From Rhodobacterales bacterium (GTDB lineage: Bacteria > Pseudomonadota > Alphaproteobacteria > Rhodobacterales > CAZPXZ01), in NCBI GenBank assembly GCA_965219495.1, contig OZ244777.1, positions 302,940 through 366,939 on the forward strand: a stretch of 64,000 bases of DNA, read 5' to 3'. The notes under the pieces are model-generated. The model had not been told where the DNA came from. It saw only the letters and a list, made by a program, of their open reading frames with translations, and did not search any database. Position numbers and translations under genes: made by a program. Below, one piece after another: positions 38,232-48,551 of the stretch. Within the stretch, counting starts at the first letter, position 1. Each line of letters opens with the position of its first letter.

Positions 38232-38422
38232 CGGCTAATCCCGCACTACAAATCAAGAAATCCATTTGCCCCAGTTTTCCACGAACCGTGTTCGGAACAG
38301 CGCTCATCCTGTTGCTTAGACATGTAAACCGCGTTCTTAAAACAGTACAGTTCCCGCCCGAACATTCGGGTGGCAAAGACTACCGGTCGCCGATGATCCT
38401 TTCAAGGAATAGATAATCCGGA

Positions 38423-38614
38423 TCATCCACAACCCCAATCGGCGCATATGTTCCATAGAGCGGACATTCGTGTTCTTGGCGCGCCGTTTGACCGTCCTAC
38501 GCGGTCGTTTTGCTCCGCAACATGGACCGTCCCTCCATGCATGGTCAATTCAGTCGCCAGTGACGGGCCGACAGGACCCGCGCCAACAACCAAAACATCA
38601 ACCTGTCCAATCAC
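38423..38614 (-). pseudogene. FAD-dependent monooxygenase N-terminal fragment
   Basis: DVLVVGAGPVGPSLATELTMHGGTVHVAEQ dinucleotide-binding motif only. Confidence 0.5.
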
Positions 38615-38699
38615 GCACCTGCGTTCCCCAAACGAACGCTGCGTACTGCTCGACGCTGATCTCCGGAAGTGTGCTCGGATCCTGCTGCCACCAGTAGTC

Positions 38700-39260
38700 G
38701 GAAAGACCTCGACTTGGATCTAACCGCCATTACCGGTGGCCTCGACAGCGTTGCGCAGGCGCGGAATGTCGATGATGCCGGCATCATGCCACAATTTGAT
38801 CGATGCTGAAACCGGGGCGCCGCAGCGGGTCGAGCCAATCGCTCACCAGGAACCAGCGAATGCGCGTTCGGGACCACGCAATCTGGTCTTCGAGGGCTGG
38901 TTCCCACAAAAGATGATATGTGTCGAACGCGATGCCGAGCGCCTCACTGCCGGGCTCGGACCGCAATAAGTCGCAAATTTCGTTGGCCCGAAACAGCGAC
39001 GAGTTGCGGCCGAGGTCGGACGCGGCGTTCGGGTGCTGAGGCTGCAGGGCGAGCGTTATCTCGGCGGGGTTCGCCTCCGGCAGAACGCCGGCGCACATGC
39101 TCCTTACTCCCAGCCCGGCATCCGCGAACAGCTTCTTACCCTTTTTACGCCGCGCTCAGCGAGCTTGTCGCGAAAGATACTGATCGCCGGTACATGATGG
39201 CGAGAGAAGCTGTCGATTGCCTCCTCAAGCGACCATTTGTTTGATGGTGCCTTGATTGAT
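38700..39260 (-). pseudogene. Sugar phosphate isomerase/epimerase (xylose isomerase-like TIM barrel), multiply frameshifted
   Basis: INQGTIK / WSLEEAIDSFSRHHVPAISIFRDKLAERG / LALQPQHP...LGIAFDTYHLLWEP / IIDIPRLRNAVEATG lie in different frames. Confidence 0.5.
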
Positions 39261-39349
39261 GACGAGTTTTTGGCGGTTTGCCGCGGACCGAACTAACCGG
39301 CGGCTTCCCGCGCCGCCTTCCGTTCGCGGAACAGCGCCGGACCGAATCG

Positions 39350-40057
39350 TCATCGGTAGGTCAACAATCGCTCACCCGATTTCGATGCCAGCCACCGGAT
39401 GAACAAGTGATCGTTGAAACAGTACAGCGAAATCTTGTCACCGCTATACAGAAGCCGAGTCACCGAACAATTGATGAGTGGCTCGTAAAATTTGTAGACT
39501 TGCTCTCCTGTTATACCGAGCACATGGGCCACGATCGTGGCGATCGCACCGCCCGAAGTGAACACCCCCACAGTCTTGCCCGAGCCCTCATGCGCTACAA
39601 TCTCTGCCAGTGCGCGATGCACATTGCCCGAATACTCGGCCCAGCTCTGCGAATCGGGCTGGTCGATATCAAATGTGACCCAGTGCTTGAATACGATTTC
39701 GAATGCTTTCTGAAAATCTTTAGACGAGTGTTCGCCTTCCTTTACCAGAATTTCAATGTCCGATGAGGTCTTGGCCAGTTGCGGCACAAGATGCTCGAAA
39801 ATCTTATCGGTTTCGATTTCGTTAAGACGCGGGTCAGTCTCGCATTGCACATTGTCGGGCTGCAGTCCGAGCACAACCTTTGCGGTTTTCCGATGCCGTT
39901 CCATCTCACCGCTGTACGCGGCATCAAAATGGATGGCGCAGTCCCGCAAATACTCTCCAAGCACTTCGGCCTGACGACAACCCAGTGGAGACAAACGATC
40001 GTAATCGGCCGTGCCAAACGATGCCTGTGCGTGCCGTATCAGATAGAGCTCCGCCAT
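39350..40057 (-). CDS. Histidine phosphatase (phosphoglycerate mutase-like) family protein
   Basis: MAELYLIRHAQASF (RHG-type motif). Size and layout fit branch 1 histidine phosphatases. Confidence 0.8.
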   Translation of the reverse strand: MAELYLIRHAQASFGTADYDRLSPLGCRQAEVLGEYLRDCAIHFDAAYSGEMERHRKTAKVVLGLQPDNVQCETDPRLNEIETDKIFEHLVPQLAKTSSDIEILVKEGEHSSKDFQKAFEIVFKHWVTFDIDQPDSQSWAEYSGNVHRALAEIVAHEGSGKTVGVFTSGGAIATIVAHVLGITGEQVYKFYEPLINCSVTRLLYSGDKISLYCFNDHLFIRWLASKSGERLLTYR

Positions 40058-40308
40058 CAAACGATTGACAGGGCGAGCCACTCGGCAACCAACGCAGGCT
40101 CTGCTTCTCCCTCGACCTCAACCGTCACTATGCCGCCGAACGGCGTACCCTCTGCCCGCTCGGGGTCAACATGAATGAACCGCGGATCTCGCGTCACCGC
40201 CGCGAAACGATGGACATCGTCACGAGTGACGGTAAACCAGCCGCGGTCGCCAGCTTCGGGTCCCACTCTTTTGCCGCGGTTGGCGATGAGAATTGCGTTA
40301 GGGCTCAT
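40057..40308 (-). CDS. Small hotdog-fold (MaoC-like) protein, possibly truncated
   Basis: FTVTRDDVHRFAAVTRDPRFIHVDPERAEGTPFGG matches MaoC dehydratase N-termini. Only 83 codons. Overlaps the phosphatase start. Confidence 0.4.
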   Translation of the reverse strand: MSPNAILIANRGKRVGPEAGDRGWFTVTRDDVHRFAAVTRDPRFIHVDPERAEGTPFGGIVTVEVEGEAEPALVAEWLALSIV

Positions 40309-40321
40309 ATTGCCTAATGGC

Positions 40322-41377
40322 TCACTTCATCAAATGTGCGACCGCACGCTCAGAATTCGTGAGCTGTTTACCGACCCGCGCTTTTATGGCGTCCGGATCT
40401 TCGCCTTCGGTTTTCTTTTGCCCCTGTCGATAACGCGCATACACACCATGCAGAATAGCAGCCGATTTCCAGTGATTGAAGCCGTAGAAATAGTCCAGTT
40501 GCGATAACACGCGGCCTGTTTTTTCGCTATATCGTTCCGCCAGTTCGGACCGCGATGGAAAACCCGGCGGAGCCGTCGGTGCACTGGGATCGAAAGGCTC
40601 TACATCGGTCGGGTCCGGCCAATGGTTGAGTGAATAGGTCAAATCGGCAAGCGGATCGCCAAGCGTTGAGAGCTCCCAGTCAACGACAGCTGCGACCCGG
40701 CAATCCGATCCGATCAGCACGTTGTGCGGCCCATAGTCGCCGTGCACGACGCGCGCCGGGCCTTGCTCGGGGACATTGTGCAGGAAAAACTGATGCAACT
40801 CGTGTGCACGCGCATCATCATACTGCGCCGGTTCCACCGAAGACGTCCAGGAGCGATACCAGGTTTTCAGTTGACGACCGACATAACCGTCTTTCTTGCC
40901 GAGCTCGCCGAGTCCAACGTTGTCCGGGTCGACTGCGTGCAAGGCTGCGAGGGAATCGATAAACGAATACGCCATCGTTTGTCGTTCAGTCTCCGGTATC
41001 AATGTGTTGGTGTCATCCGCGCTGTACAGCGGATGGCCATCGACGTAGCCCATCACATAAAACCACGCTCCCGTCACCTCCGGGTCTTCACAAAACGCAT
41101 ACGCCGCCGGGACGGGCACCGGCGTCGGGCCGAGCGCCGAGATCAGCGCCCACTCACGACTCATATCATGCGCTTTCGGCAGTAATTTGCCCTGCGGCGG
41201 TCGACGAATTACGGCCACGCGCCCATTCTGGTCCCGCATTTGATACGTAAGGTTGGAACGACCACCTGCGAGGCGGATCCACTCAAATGGCGGCGTCAAT
41301 TCTTCGACATGGCGAGCAACCCACGCCTCGACGGCATCGGTTTTGTAGCCCTCTGGTGGCGAATTATCAATCTTCAT
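40322..41377 (-). CDS. Phosphotransferase (APH/choline-kinase fold) family protein
   Basis: LAGGRSNLTYQM, VVHGDYGPHNVLI (Brenner-type HGD motif), VVDWELSTLGDPLADL. Start ATG 41377 follows GGAGG. Confidence 0.88.
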   Translation of the reverse strand: MKIDNSPPEGYKTDAVEAWVARHVEELTPPFEWIRLAGGRSNLTYQMRDQNGRVAVIRRPPQGKLLPKAHDMSREWALISALGPTPVPVPAAYAFCEDPEVTGAWFYVMGYVDGHPLYSADDTNTLIPETERQTMAYSFIDSLAALHAVDPDNVGLGELGKKDGYVGRQLKTWYRSWTSSVEPAQYDDARAHELHQFFLHNVPEQGPARVVHGDYGPHNVLIGSDCRVAAVVDWELSTLGDPLADLTYSLNHWPDPTDVEPFDPSAPTAPPGFPSRSELAERYSEKTGRVLSQLDYFYGFNHWKSAAILHGVYARYRQGQKKTEGEDPDAIKARVGKQLTNSERAVAHLMK

Positions 41378-41411
41378 ACCTCCCTCATCAAACGGGTTCT
41401 GACGCCTTGGC

Positions 41412-41447
41412 TCGGCGACGCGCTGTATTTCGGCGACGCGCTGTATA
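41412..41447. repeat. Tandem direct repeat 2 x 18 bp (TCGGCGACGCGCTGTATT/A), 35 nt upstream of the kinase start
   Basis: Read directly. 17/18 identical. Confidence 0.9.
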
Positions 41448-42019
41448 AACGACACATCACCTGTCCACCGCAATCCGTGATCGCCAGGCGGTAATGCAGG
41501 AACGCGCATCCGCGGCCGGGAACACGGCGATCCTCCTCAGGTTTTCCGGAACACCCGGATGGTCCGGGTTTTGAGACGGGGCCAGGGTGGATCGGACAAT
41601 GAGAAAGGACGATCCACGATCAAGACCCGCAGGCGTTTTTCGGTCGACCCGGATATGCTAGCCTCAATACCCAACTAATTCCAATCGTATGACAGATTAG
41701 CGACTTTTCCCGCCAGGGCGTCATGGCCCTGCGCATTGGGTTGAAGGAATGTGCATGCCTTTATGGTGGTTTGCATGGGAGTATCACGTTTTCATCAATG
41801 CCGCTTGGGTGGCAATCTCCGAGAGGCCCCTCGCTTGCGCCTAGCGCGGGCGGGTTCTGGAGCGGAAATCATTCGTTGCCGACGCGCTCTCTTGCCCGGA
41901 ACGGCGCGCCTCGGTCTTTTCCGCGGCGTTTGCGGTTGACATTTTGCGGTTGACATGGAGGCGCATACATCATATAGTGGATAAAACAGGCTAACAGGCA
42001 ATAACAGATGTAAGACCCC

Positions 42020-43698
42020 GCCGAACGGTTCCTGTCTCCCGAGAACAGCACCCACCGCAAATACGAGGCCCTGCGCGCCCATTTGGTCGACCGGGCGCCG
42101 CTCGCCGAAGCCGCCCGCAGGTTTGGCTACGCGGTTGGCACCTTGCGCAACCTCCGCGCCGAGTTCTGCAAGCGTCCGGAGCAACCGTTTTTCCTGCCGG
42201 ACCACCGCGGCAAGCGCAAGCCTGCGCCGGGACCTGACCGCGACCAACGCATTGTGGCGTTGCGCAAGGAGCAGGGCCTGTCGGCGCGGGAAATCGCCGA
42301 ACGCCTCAGCGCCAGGGAGAACCTCCCGGTCAGCGCGACCACGGTGGCGCGGGTCCTGCGGCGGGCGCCGCCCATCCGGAGCGGGCGGCGGTGGCCGACC
42401 GCCGTCAGCTGGATCTGGGTCCGCGCAAGCTGCGCACGGACTTCGGCGGCCTGTTCCTGTTCGCCGGCGACCTCGCGCGGCTCGGCTTCGACGGCATCCT
42501 GGCGGCGAGCGGCATGCCGGGCAGTTCGAAGATCCCGGCCGGATGCGCCTTCCGGTCACTGCTGGCGCTGAAGTTGTGGGGCATCGGACGGCCGTCGCAC
42601 GTCATAAGCGAAACCCTTGACGAAGGACTGGCGCTGTTCGCCGGCCTCAACGCCGTGCCCAAGCGGGCGACACTGACGGAATACTCGCGCCGCGTCGACC
42701 ACCGCGACCGCCCGGCGCTGATGGACCGCTGGCACCACGCGGTGCGCGGCCTCGGCGTCGAACTCGGCGGCGGCCAGTCTTTCGACCTCGAATTTCATAC
42801 GATTCCCTACCACGGCGATGACGCGCTGATCGAGAAGCATTACGTCTCCAAGCGCAGCCGCCGGCAGAAGGGCGTTCTCGCCTTTCTCGCCCGCGACGCC
42901 GACGCCCGCCTGTTCGCCTATGCCAACGCCCAACTCCGCAAGGCCGATCACACCGACGAGATCCTGCGCTTCGTCGACCACTGGCGCGCCCGCACTGGAA
43001 CCCTTCCTGCCGAACTGGTGTTCGACAGCCGCCTGACGACCTATGCCAACCTCGCCAGGCTGGAAGCAATGGGCATCGCCTTCCTGACACTGCGCCGGCG
43101 GACCCCGAAGATGGTGGCCGCGTTGCGGGCGGCGCCGCCGGAGGCATGGCGCAAGATCACTCTCACCAATGTCGGCCGCATCTACCGGACGCCGCGGATC
43201 CTGGAACAGACGGTGCGCCTCAAGGACTATCCCGCCGAACTCCGGCAGATCGCCATCATCGATCTCGGCCACGAAAAGCCGACCCTGTTGCTCACCAACC
43301 AGATGACCGCCCCCGCCGGCCAGCTCATCGACCGCTACGCCCGCCGCATCATCATCGAGAACACCATCGCCGAAGCCATCGACTTCTTTCACATGGACGC
43401 GCTCTCGGCCGCGGTGCCCATGAAGGTCGATCTCGACCTGCAACTCACCCTGATGGCCAGCAGCCTCTATCGCATCCTCGGCAAACGCCTGGGAAACGGC
43501 TTTGAGACCCTGAAGGCGCAGTCCATCTTCCGCAAAATCGTGCGCGCCAGCGCCCGCATCGAGATCACCGAAACCGAGATCGTCGTCAGCCTTGGACGCC
43601 GGACCAACAACCCGCTGCTGCTCGCCGCCGGATACGCCGAAGACCAGCAAACCATCCCGTGGCTCGAAAACCGAACCCTCCGGCTCCGGTTCTTCTGA
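42020..43698 (+). mobile_element. DDE transposase gene of an unassigned IS (IS4/ISNCY-like), HTH part and catalytic part in different frames
   Basis: N-terminal HTHs (LAEAARRFGYAVGTLRNL, LSAREIAERL) end near 42390. The catalytic ORF 42391..43698 has FDLEFH, VFDSRLTTY and IIIENTIAE. The frame change falls in a GC run. Confidence 0.7.
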
Positions 43699-44015
43699 AA
43701 CCGGGCGCGCAATGCACATTATTCACGTTGGTTGGCAATTCAGGCTAGCGTTGTGATTAGGTGTCAGATTGACGACCGAGGTGAGCGATCTGGGCCTCGC
43801 TCCACTCTAGCTCGGCCGGGCGATCGGTGATGGTCGCCAACCAGGCCGTCAATCGCGTTTACGAAGCGGTGCTCGGCGAAGGCGTGCGCTGCAAGCGACG
43901 GGCGATCCCGTTTGAGCTTCGCAACGGCCCACCGTAATGAGGGAATGGTGGCGTTTGTGAAGGAGCGCGCGCCCGACTTCAAGAACCGTCAGGAGGCGGC
44001 CCCGCCGTTCGCACC

Positions 44016-45581
44016 ATGAATCTTGCTGAGTGGCTCATCCGGACCGGCCGACTAAAGGCCGATGCGCCGGCGCTCTTGAACGGCTCGGAGGTCGTTGCCG
44101 ACTATGGCGCGTTCACCGGTCGCGTCATGGTGCTGGCGGGCGCGCTTCAGCAGCGCTTCGGCGTGCACCCCGGAGATCGCGTCGCTGTGTTCATGCCCAA
44201 CCGCGTGGAATACCTTGAGGTCCTCTATGCGATCTGGTGCTGCGGCGCGGCCGCCGTGCCGATCAACTACAAGCTCCATCCAAACGAAGCGGCGTGGATC
44301 ATCGACAATGCTGACGCGAAAATCGTTTTCGTCGATGCCGGAATCACCGCGGCTCTCGCGCATGTGCTCTCCGGGCGGAAAGCGACGACAATGGTTTCAG
44401 TTGACGACGCGGATTTCGGCGCGTTGCGCCGGGCAGACGCGATTACTGCCGCGGTTCCCCGCGAGCGCGACGACCTCGCCTGGCTCTTCTATACGTCGGG
44501 GACGACCGGCAAGCCCAAGGGCGTTATGCTCTCAAATGGGAACCTTCAGGCCGCAGCGCTTTCCTACTTCGTCGACGTGGACGATGTGTTTTCGGATGAT
44601 GCGGCGCTCTATGCTGCGCCGCTTTCGCATGGCGCAGGACTCTACAATTTCATGCATATCCTGCGCGGCGCGCGTAACGTCATTCCGCCCTCTCAGGGGT
44701 TCGACGAAGCGGAGGTACTCGCCCTGTCTGCCGAACTCAGCAATGTGCACATGTTTGCCGCACCGACAATGGTGAAGCGCCTTGTCGATCAGGCAAAGGT
44801 CTCGGGTCGGGCCGGCGAGGGAATCCGCACGATTGTCTATGGTGGCGGCCCGATGTATATCACCGACATAGTGGAGGCGGTCTCAGTGATGGGGCCCCGC
44901 TTTGTTCAGATTTACGGGCAGGGCGAATCCCCGATGACGATCACCGCGCTGCAGCGCAACATCGTATCGGATCGATCGCATCCGCGCTGGCGCGAGCGCC
45001 TGGGGTCGGTCGGAGGCGCCCAGTCGGTCGTGGAGGTCAAAGTCTTGAAGGAGGACGGAGAGCCGGCGGAATGCGGCGAGACTGGCGAAATCGTCGTGCG
45101 GGGCGCGCCCGTGATGCTCGGCTATTTTCGCAATCCCAAGGCGACCCACCAGGCAATCGTCGACGGCTGGCTGCGGACGGGGGACTTGGGAGCAATGGAT
45201 GAGGACGGCTTCCTCACCTTGAAGGACCGTTCAAAGGATCTCATCATCTCGGGCGGCTTGAACATTTATCCGCGCGAGGTCGAGGAGGTGCTCCTGAGCC
45301 ATCCCGGCGTGCACGAGGCTTCGGTGATCGGGCGGCTCGATCCTGATTGGGGCGAAATCGTCGTGGCCTACGTCGTCGGTGATGCTGATTCCGGTGAGCT
45401 CGATCGTCTTTGCATCGAGCGCATCGCCCGCTTCAAGCGGCCGAAGGCGTACGTCAGTGTGGAGGCCTTGCCGAAGAACAACTACGGCAAGGTCCTCAAG
45501 ACCGAGCTTCGGAGGCTTGACGCGGCAGCAACCAGCGGCTCGGATTCGCGCCCGGCGTCCGCGAAGGAGGCGCGCCCATGA
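44016..45581 (+). CDS. AMP-dependent acyl-CoA synthetase (long-chain-fatty-acid-CoA ligase-like)
   Basis: YTSGTTGKPKGV, YGQGESP, TGDLGAMDEDGFLTLKDRSKD, PKNNYGKV. Confidence 0.9.
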   Translation: MNLAEWLIRTGRLKADAPALLNGSEVVADYGAFTGRVMVLAGALQQRFGVHPGDRVAVFMPNRVEYLEVLYAIWCCGAAAVPINYKLHPNEAAWIIDNADAKIVFVDAGITAALAHVLSGRKATTMVSVDDADFGALRRADAITAAVPRERDDLAWLFYTSGTTGKPKGVMLSNGNLQAAALSYFVDVDDVFSDDAALYAAPLSHGAGLYNFMHILRGARNVIPPSQGFDEAEVLALSAELSNVHMFAAPTMVKRLVDQAKVSGRAGEGIRTIVYGGGPMYITDIVEAVSVMGPRFVQIYGQGESPMTITALQRNIVSDRSHPRWRERLGSVGGAQSVVEVKVLKEDGEPAECGETGEIVVRGAPVMLGYFRNPKATHQAIVDGWLRTGDLGAMDEDGFLTLKDRSKDLIISGGLNIYPREVEEVLLSHPGVHEASVIGRLDPDWGEIVVAYVVGDADSGELDRLCIERIARFKRPKAYVSVEALPKNNYGKVLKTELRRLDAAATSGSDSRPASAKEARP

Positions 45582-46384
45582 TCGGCAGGCTCGAGGGAAA
45601 AGCGGCGCTGGTGATGGGCGCCGGCTCCATCGGCCCCGGCTGGGGAAACGGCAAGGCCGCCGCAGTGCTCTTCGCCCGCGAGGGCGCCAAAGTCTACTGC
45701 GTTGACATCAACGAAGCAGCGGCAAGGGAAACCGCGGAAATCATCCTCGGCGAGGGGGGCGACGCCGGGCACGGCCGCGCCGATGTGGCAGATGCCGTGG
45801 ATGTAGCGCACGTCGTCTCTTCCTGTCTCGATCGCTTCGGCCGCATCGACGCGCTGCACAACAACGTCGGCATCGTTGAGGTCGGCGGGGTCGTCGAGCT
45901 TCCGGAGGAGAAGTGGGATCACGTTCTCGATGTGAACCTGAAAAGCTGTTATCTGGCGATGAAGCACGTCATTCCCGTCATGGTGAGCCAGGGCGGCGGT
46001 TCGATCATCAACATCTCCTCCATCGCCTCCATCCGGTTCACGGGCGTGCCTTACGCGACCTACTATGCCTCCAAGGCCGCCATGAACCACCTTACGCGGG
46101 CGACGGCGGCGGAGTACGCCGCGCAGAGGGTCCGAATCAATGCGATCCTGCCGGGGTTGATGAAGACCCCGATGGTTGAGAAGTCTGTGCAGCTGGCGGA
46201 GAGCTATGCGGAAGGTGACGTCGATTCGATGTGGCGGGAACGCGACGCCCAGGTGCCAATGGGGCATATGGGGGACGCGTGGGACGTCGCCTATGCGGCC
46301 CTCTATCTTGCCTCCGATGAATCGAAATACGTGACCGGCATCGAGCTCCTGGTCGATGGCGGCATCACGTTGAAGATCAACTGA
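45578..46384 (+). CDS. SDR family oxidoreductase
   Basis: GKAALVMGAGS, NNVG, YYASKAA (YxxxK). Start overlaps the upstream stop (ATGA). Confidence 0.88.
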   Translation: MIGRLEGKAALVMGAGSIGPGWGNGKAAAVLFAREGAKVYCVDINEAAARETAEIILGEGGDAGHGRADVADAVDVAHVVSSCLDRFGRIDALHNNVGIVEVGGVVELPEEKWDHVLDVNLKSCYLAMKHVIPVMVSQGGGSIINISSIASIRFTGVPYATYYASKAAMNHLTRATAAEYAAQRVRINAILPGLMKTPMVEKSVQLAESYAEGDVDSMWRERDAQVPMGHMGDAWDVAYAALYLASDESKYVTGIELLVDGGITLKIN

Positions 46385-46407
46385 CCCCGGTACGAGGGAG
46401 GATTGCG

Positions 46408-47577
46408 ATGGATGAGCGGATCGTCGGATGGGGGCACACGCCTTTTGGGCGCCTCGAGGACAAGTCACTCGAAGACCTGATCACCAACGCGGCGCGGGAG
46501 GCGCTATCCCATGCCGGCATCGAAGCGCGCGACGTCGATGCGATCTGGCTCGGCCATTTCAATTCCGGCTTGGTGGCGGATGGCTTCGCCGCGTCGCTCG
46601 CACTGCTGACCGATGACGATCTCAGGTTCAAACCGGCAACCCGTTGCGAGAACGCCTGCGCCAGCGGCTCGGCTGCCGTCTACGCCGCTCGCGACGCCAT
46701 CAAAGCAGACTCGGCACGCGTGGCGCTGGTCATCGGCGTCGAAAAGATGACGGCGAAGGACACGGCCAGTGTCACCAAGGCGCTCGCCGGGGCTTCCTAC
46801 CAGAAGCAGGAGGCGGACCTCTCCTTTCCGCAGATCTTCGCGCGCATCGCCAATACGTACTTTCAGGCGTACGGTGACAAATCCGCTGTTCTGGCGCGGA
46901 TCGCCGCCAAGAACCACAGGAACGCGCTGGGCAATCCGCTGGCGCAGCTTCGCAAAGACCTCGGCTTCGACTTCTGCAACACGGTGAGCGAGAAGAATCC
47001 GCTGATCGCCCCTCCGCTGCGCATGACGGACTGCTCGCTCATCACCGATGGAGCGGCCGCGCTGGTGGTGGTTGCGGACGACATGGCAAAGGAGATGCCA
47101 CACAATATTGGCTTCCGCGCCGCAGTGCAGGTCAACGATTTCCTGCCGATGTCGAAGCGCGATCTTCTCGCCTTCGAGGGGCCGGCCACTGCCTTCCGGC
47201 GCGCCTTCGACACGGCGGGCATCGAGGTGAATGACCTCGACTTCGCCGAGGTGCATGACTGCTTCACAATTGCCGAGCTGATGATCTACGAGGCGATGGG
47301 GCTCGCCCCGCAGGGCAAGGGCACGCGCGTCGTTGAAGAGGGAATGGCCGAAAAAGACGGCGCGCTGCCCATCAATCTGTCCGGCGGGCTCAAGGCCAAG
47401 GGCCATCCCGTAGGCGCCACCGGGGTATCGATGCATGTGCTTGCCGCGATGCAGCTTGCCGGCGAGGCGGGCGAGATGCAGCGCCCAGGCGCCGAGCTCG
47501 GATGCATCTTCAACATGGGCGGCTCCGGCGTCGCCAACTACTGCTCTATTCTTCAAAACATGGGTGGCCGAGGGTGA
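46408..47577 (+). CDS. Thiolase-like protein, SCP-x/nonspecific lipid-transfer type
   Basis: 389 aa. CENACASGSAA active-site Cys region, EVHDCFTIAE, GGLKAKGHPVGATG. Confidence 0.85.
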   Translation: MDERIVGWGHTPFGRLEDKSLEDLITNAAREALSHAGIEARDVDAIWLGHFNSGLVADGFAASLALLTDDDLRFKPATRCENACASGSAAVYAARDAIKADSARVALVIGVEKMTAKDTASVTKALAGASYQKQEADLSFPQIFARIANTYFQAYGDKSAVLARIAAKNHRNALGNPLAQLRKDLGFDFCNTVSEKNPLIAPPLRMTDCSLITDGAAALVVVADDMAKEMPHNIGFRAAVQVNDFLPMSKRDLLAFEGPATAFRRAFDTAGIEVNDLDFAEVHDCFTIAELMIYEAMGLAPQGKGTRVVEEGMAEKDGALPINLSGGLKAKGHPVGATGVSMHVLAAMQLAGEAGEMQRPGAELGCIFNMGGSGVANYCSILQNMGGRG

Positions 47578-47938
47578 TTCTCACCATTTGGCGGAAACGT
47601 AAAACCTCGATCCGTCCAATGGATTGAGTTCCGTTCCGGGGCGGTTCAACGACTGGCTGCGCATCAGCCTGTTGCATTGTCCTTGGCCGGACCAAGCATT
47701 CCGGGCATCTCCACAAGTTGTGCGTCACGGGCGAAGATGTCGTTGTAGGTGGTGCAACCAAAAATGGGCAGCGACGTTTGTCGAAGAGCCTCGCCGATGC
47801 GTGTCTCGAAGGCATCGATGAAGTCTGGCGAAGAGACCCGGAGACTGCTGCTTCACGAACCAACCATCAGGTTGAACAATGGCGAATTCTGTCGTGGGGA
47901 GCAGTGGTAGCGCTCCTCCATTGGTCGTACCTTGTTAC

Positions 47939-48091
47939 TCATTGAGCACAACACGGATTTGATCCGTGAGCTTTCCGACCTCGCAGTAGCTCTCCCAAAC
48001 CGGCCGCCGCGTGATCCGGGGCGAACGAAAGCCCCAACTCATAGCGCAGCGTCAAAATGTCCCGTATATTTTGCATGTCGGTTCTCCTCAT
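47939..48091 (-). pseudogene. IS21-family istA N-terminal fragment
   Basis: MRRTDMQNIRDILTLRYELGLS, then decays. Homologous to the copy at 50809. Confidence 0.65.
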
Positions 48092-48231
48092 CGCGGAGCC
48101 CACCTTTTCATGTTTCATGGAAAAGGAATTGCACCGCCAAAACGGAGAACCGGCAACCCCGAGGCGGCCCCGCGCGGGCAACCTCCCCCCCCCCCGCACC
48201 GCTTCGATCCAGCGAAAAACCGCGATCCGGA

Positions 48232-48287
48232 CTTGGTCAAGTGTTTTCGGAATCTTGGTCAAGTGAAATCTGATTCTTGGTCAAGTG
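48232..48287. repeat. Three 22-nt-spaced copies of CTTGGTCAAGTG in an IS21-like left end
   Basis: Copies at 48232-48243, 48254-48265 and 48276-48287. Multiple subterminal repeats are characteristic of IS21-family ends. Confidence 0.8.
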
Positions 48288-48342
48288 CCATCGGATTTCG
48301 CAAATTTTCGTTTCCGAGGCTAGCAGGAGCCAAATGTGTACG

Positions 48343-48373
48343 CTAATTTGGGGGATAATTTACAAATGTAACA
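48343..48373. repeat. Diverged third copy of the tnpB-flanking repeat (CTAATTTGGGGGATAATTTACAAATGTAACA)
   Basis: The first 22 nt match 28896-28917 at 18/22. Confidence 0.6.
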
Positions 48374-48440
48374 ATATCCGTAACTGCCCAGCACTCAGTC
48401 TCGCGCGTATGTGGAGGCTGGGCAAGGCTTGCGTTTGGGA

Positions 48441-48551
48441 TCACGCATCCTCGTGGTTCTGCATCCGCCGATGCTCTTGCGTCGAAGAAATGCTGATGTC
48501 CAGGTTGAACTTGCCGACATCGATGCCGGCCACTACGCTTTGCTTGTTCAT
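48441..48551 (-). pseudogene. IS110-family transposase, first 36 codons only
   Basis: MNKQSVVAGIDVGKFNLDISI is the typical IS110 N-terminus (GIDVxK). Stop after 36 aa. Confidence 0.6.

Noticed and set aside
41926-41956. The short tandem TTGCGGTTGACAT x2 as the terminal repeat of the unassigned IS at 42020-43698.
   Set aside because: I could not find a matching inverted copy near 43700-43760, so the element boundaries remain undefined.
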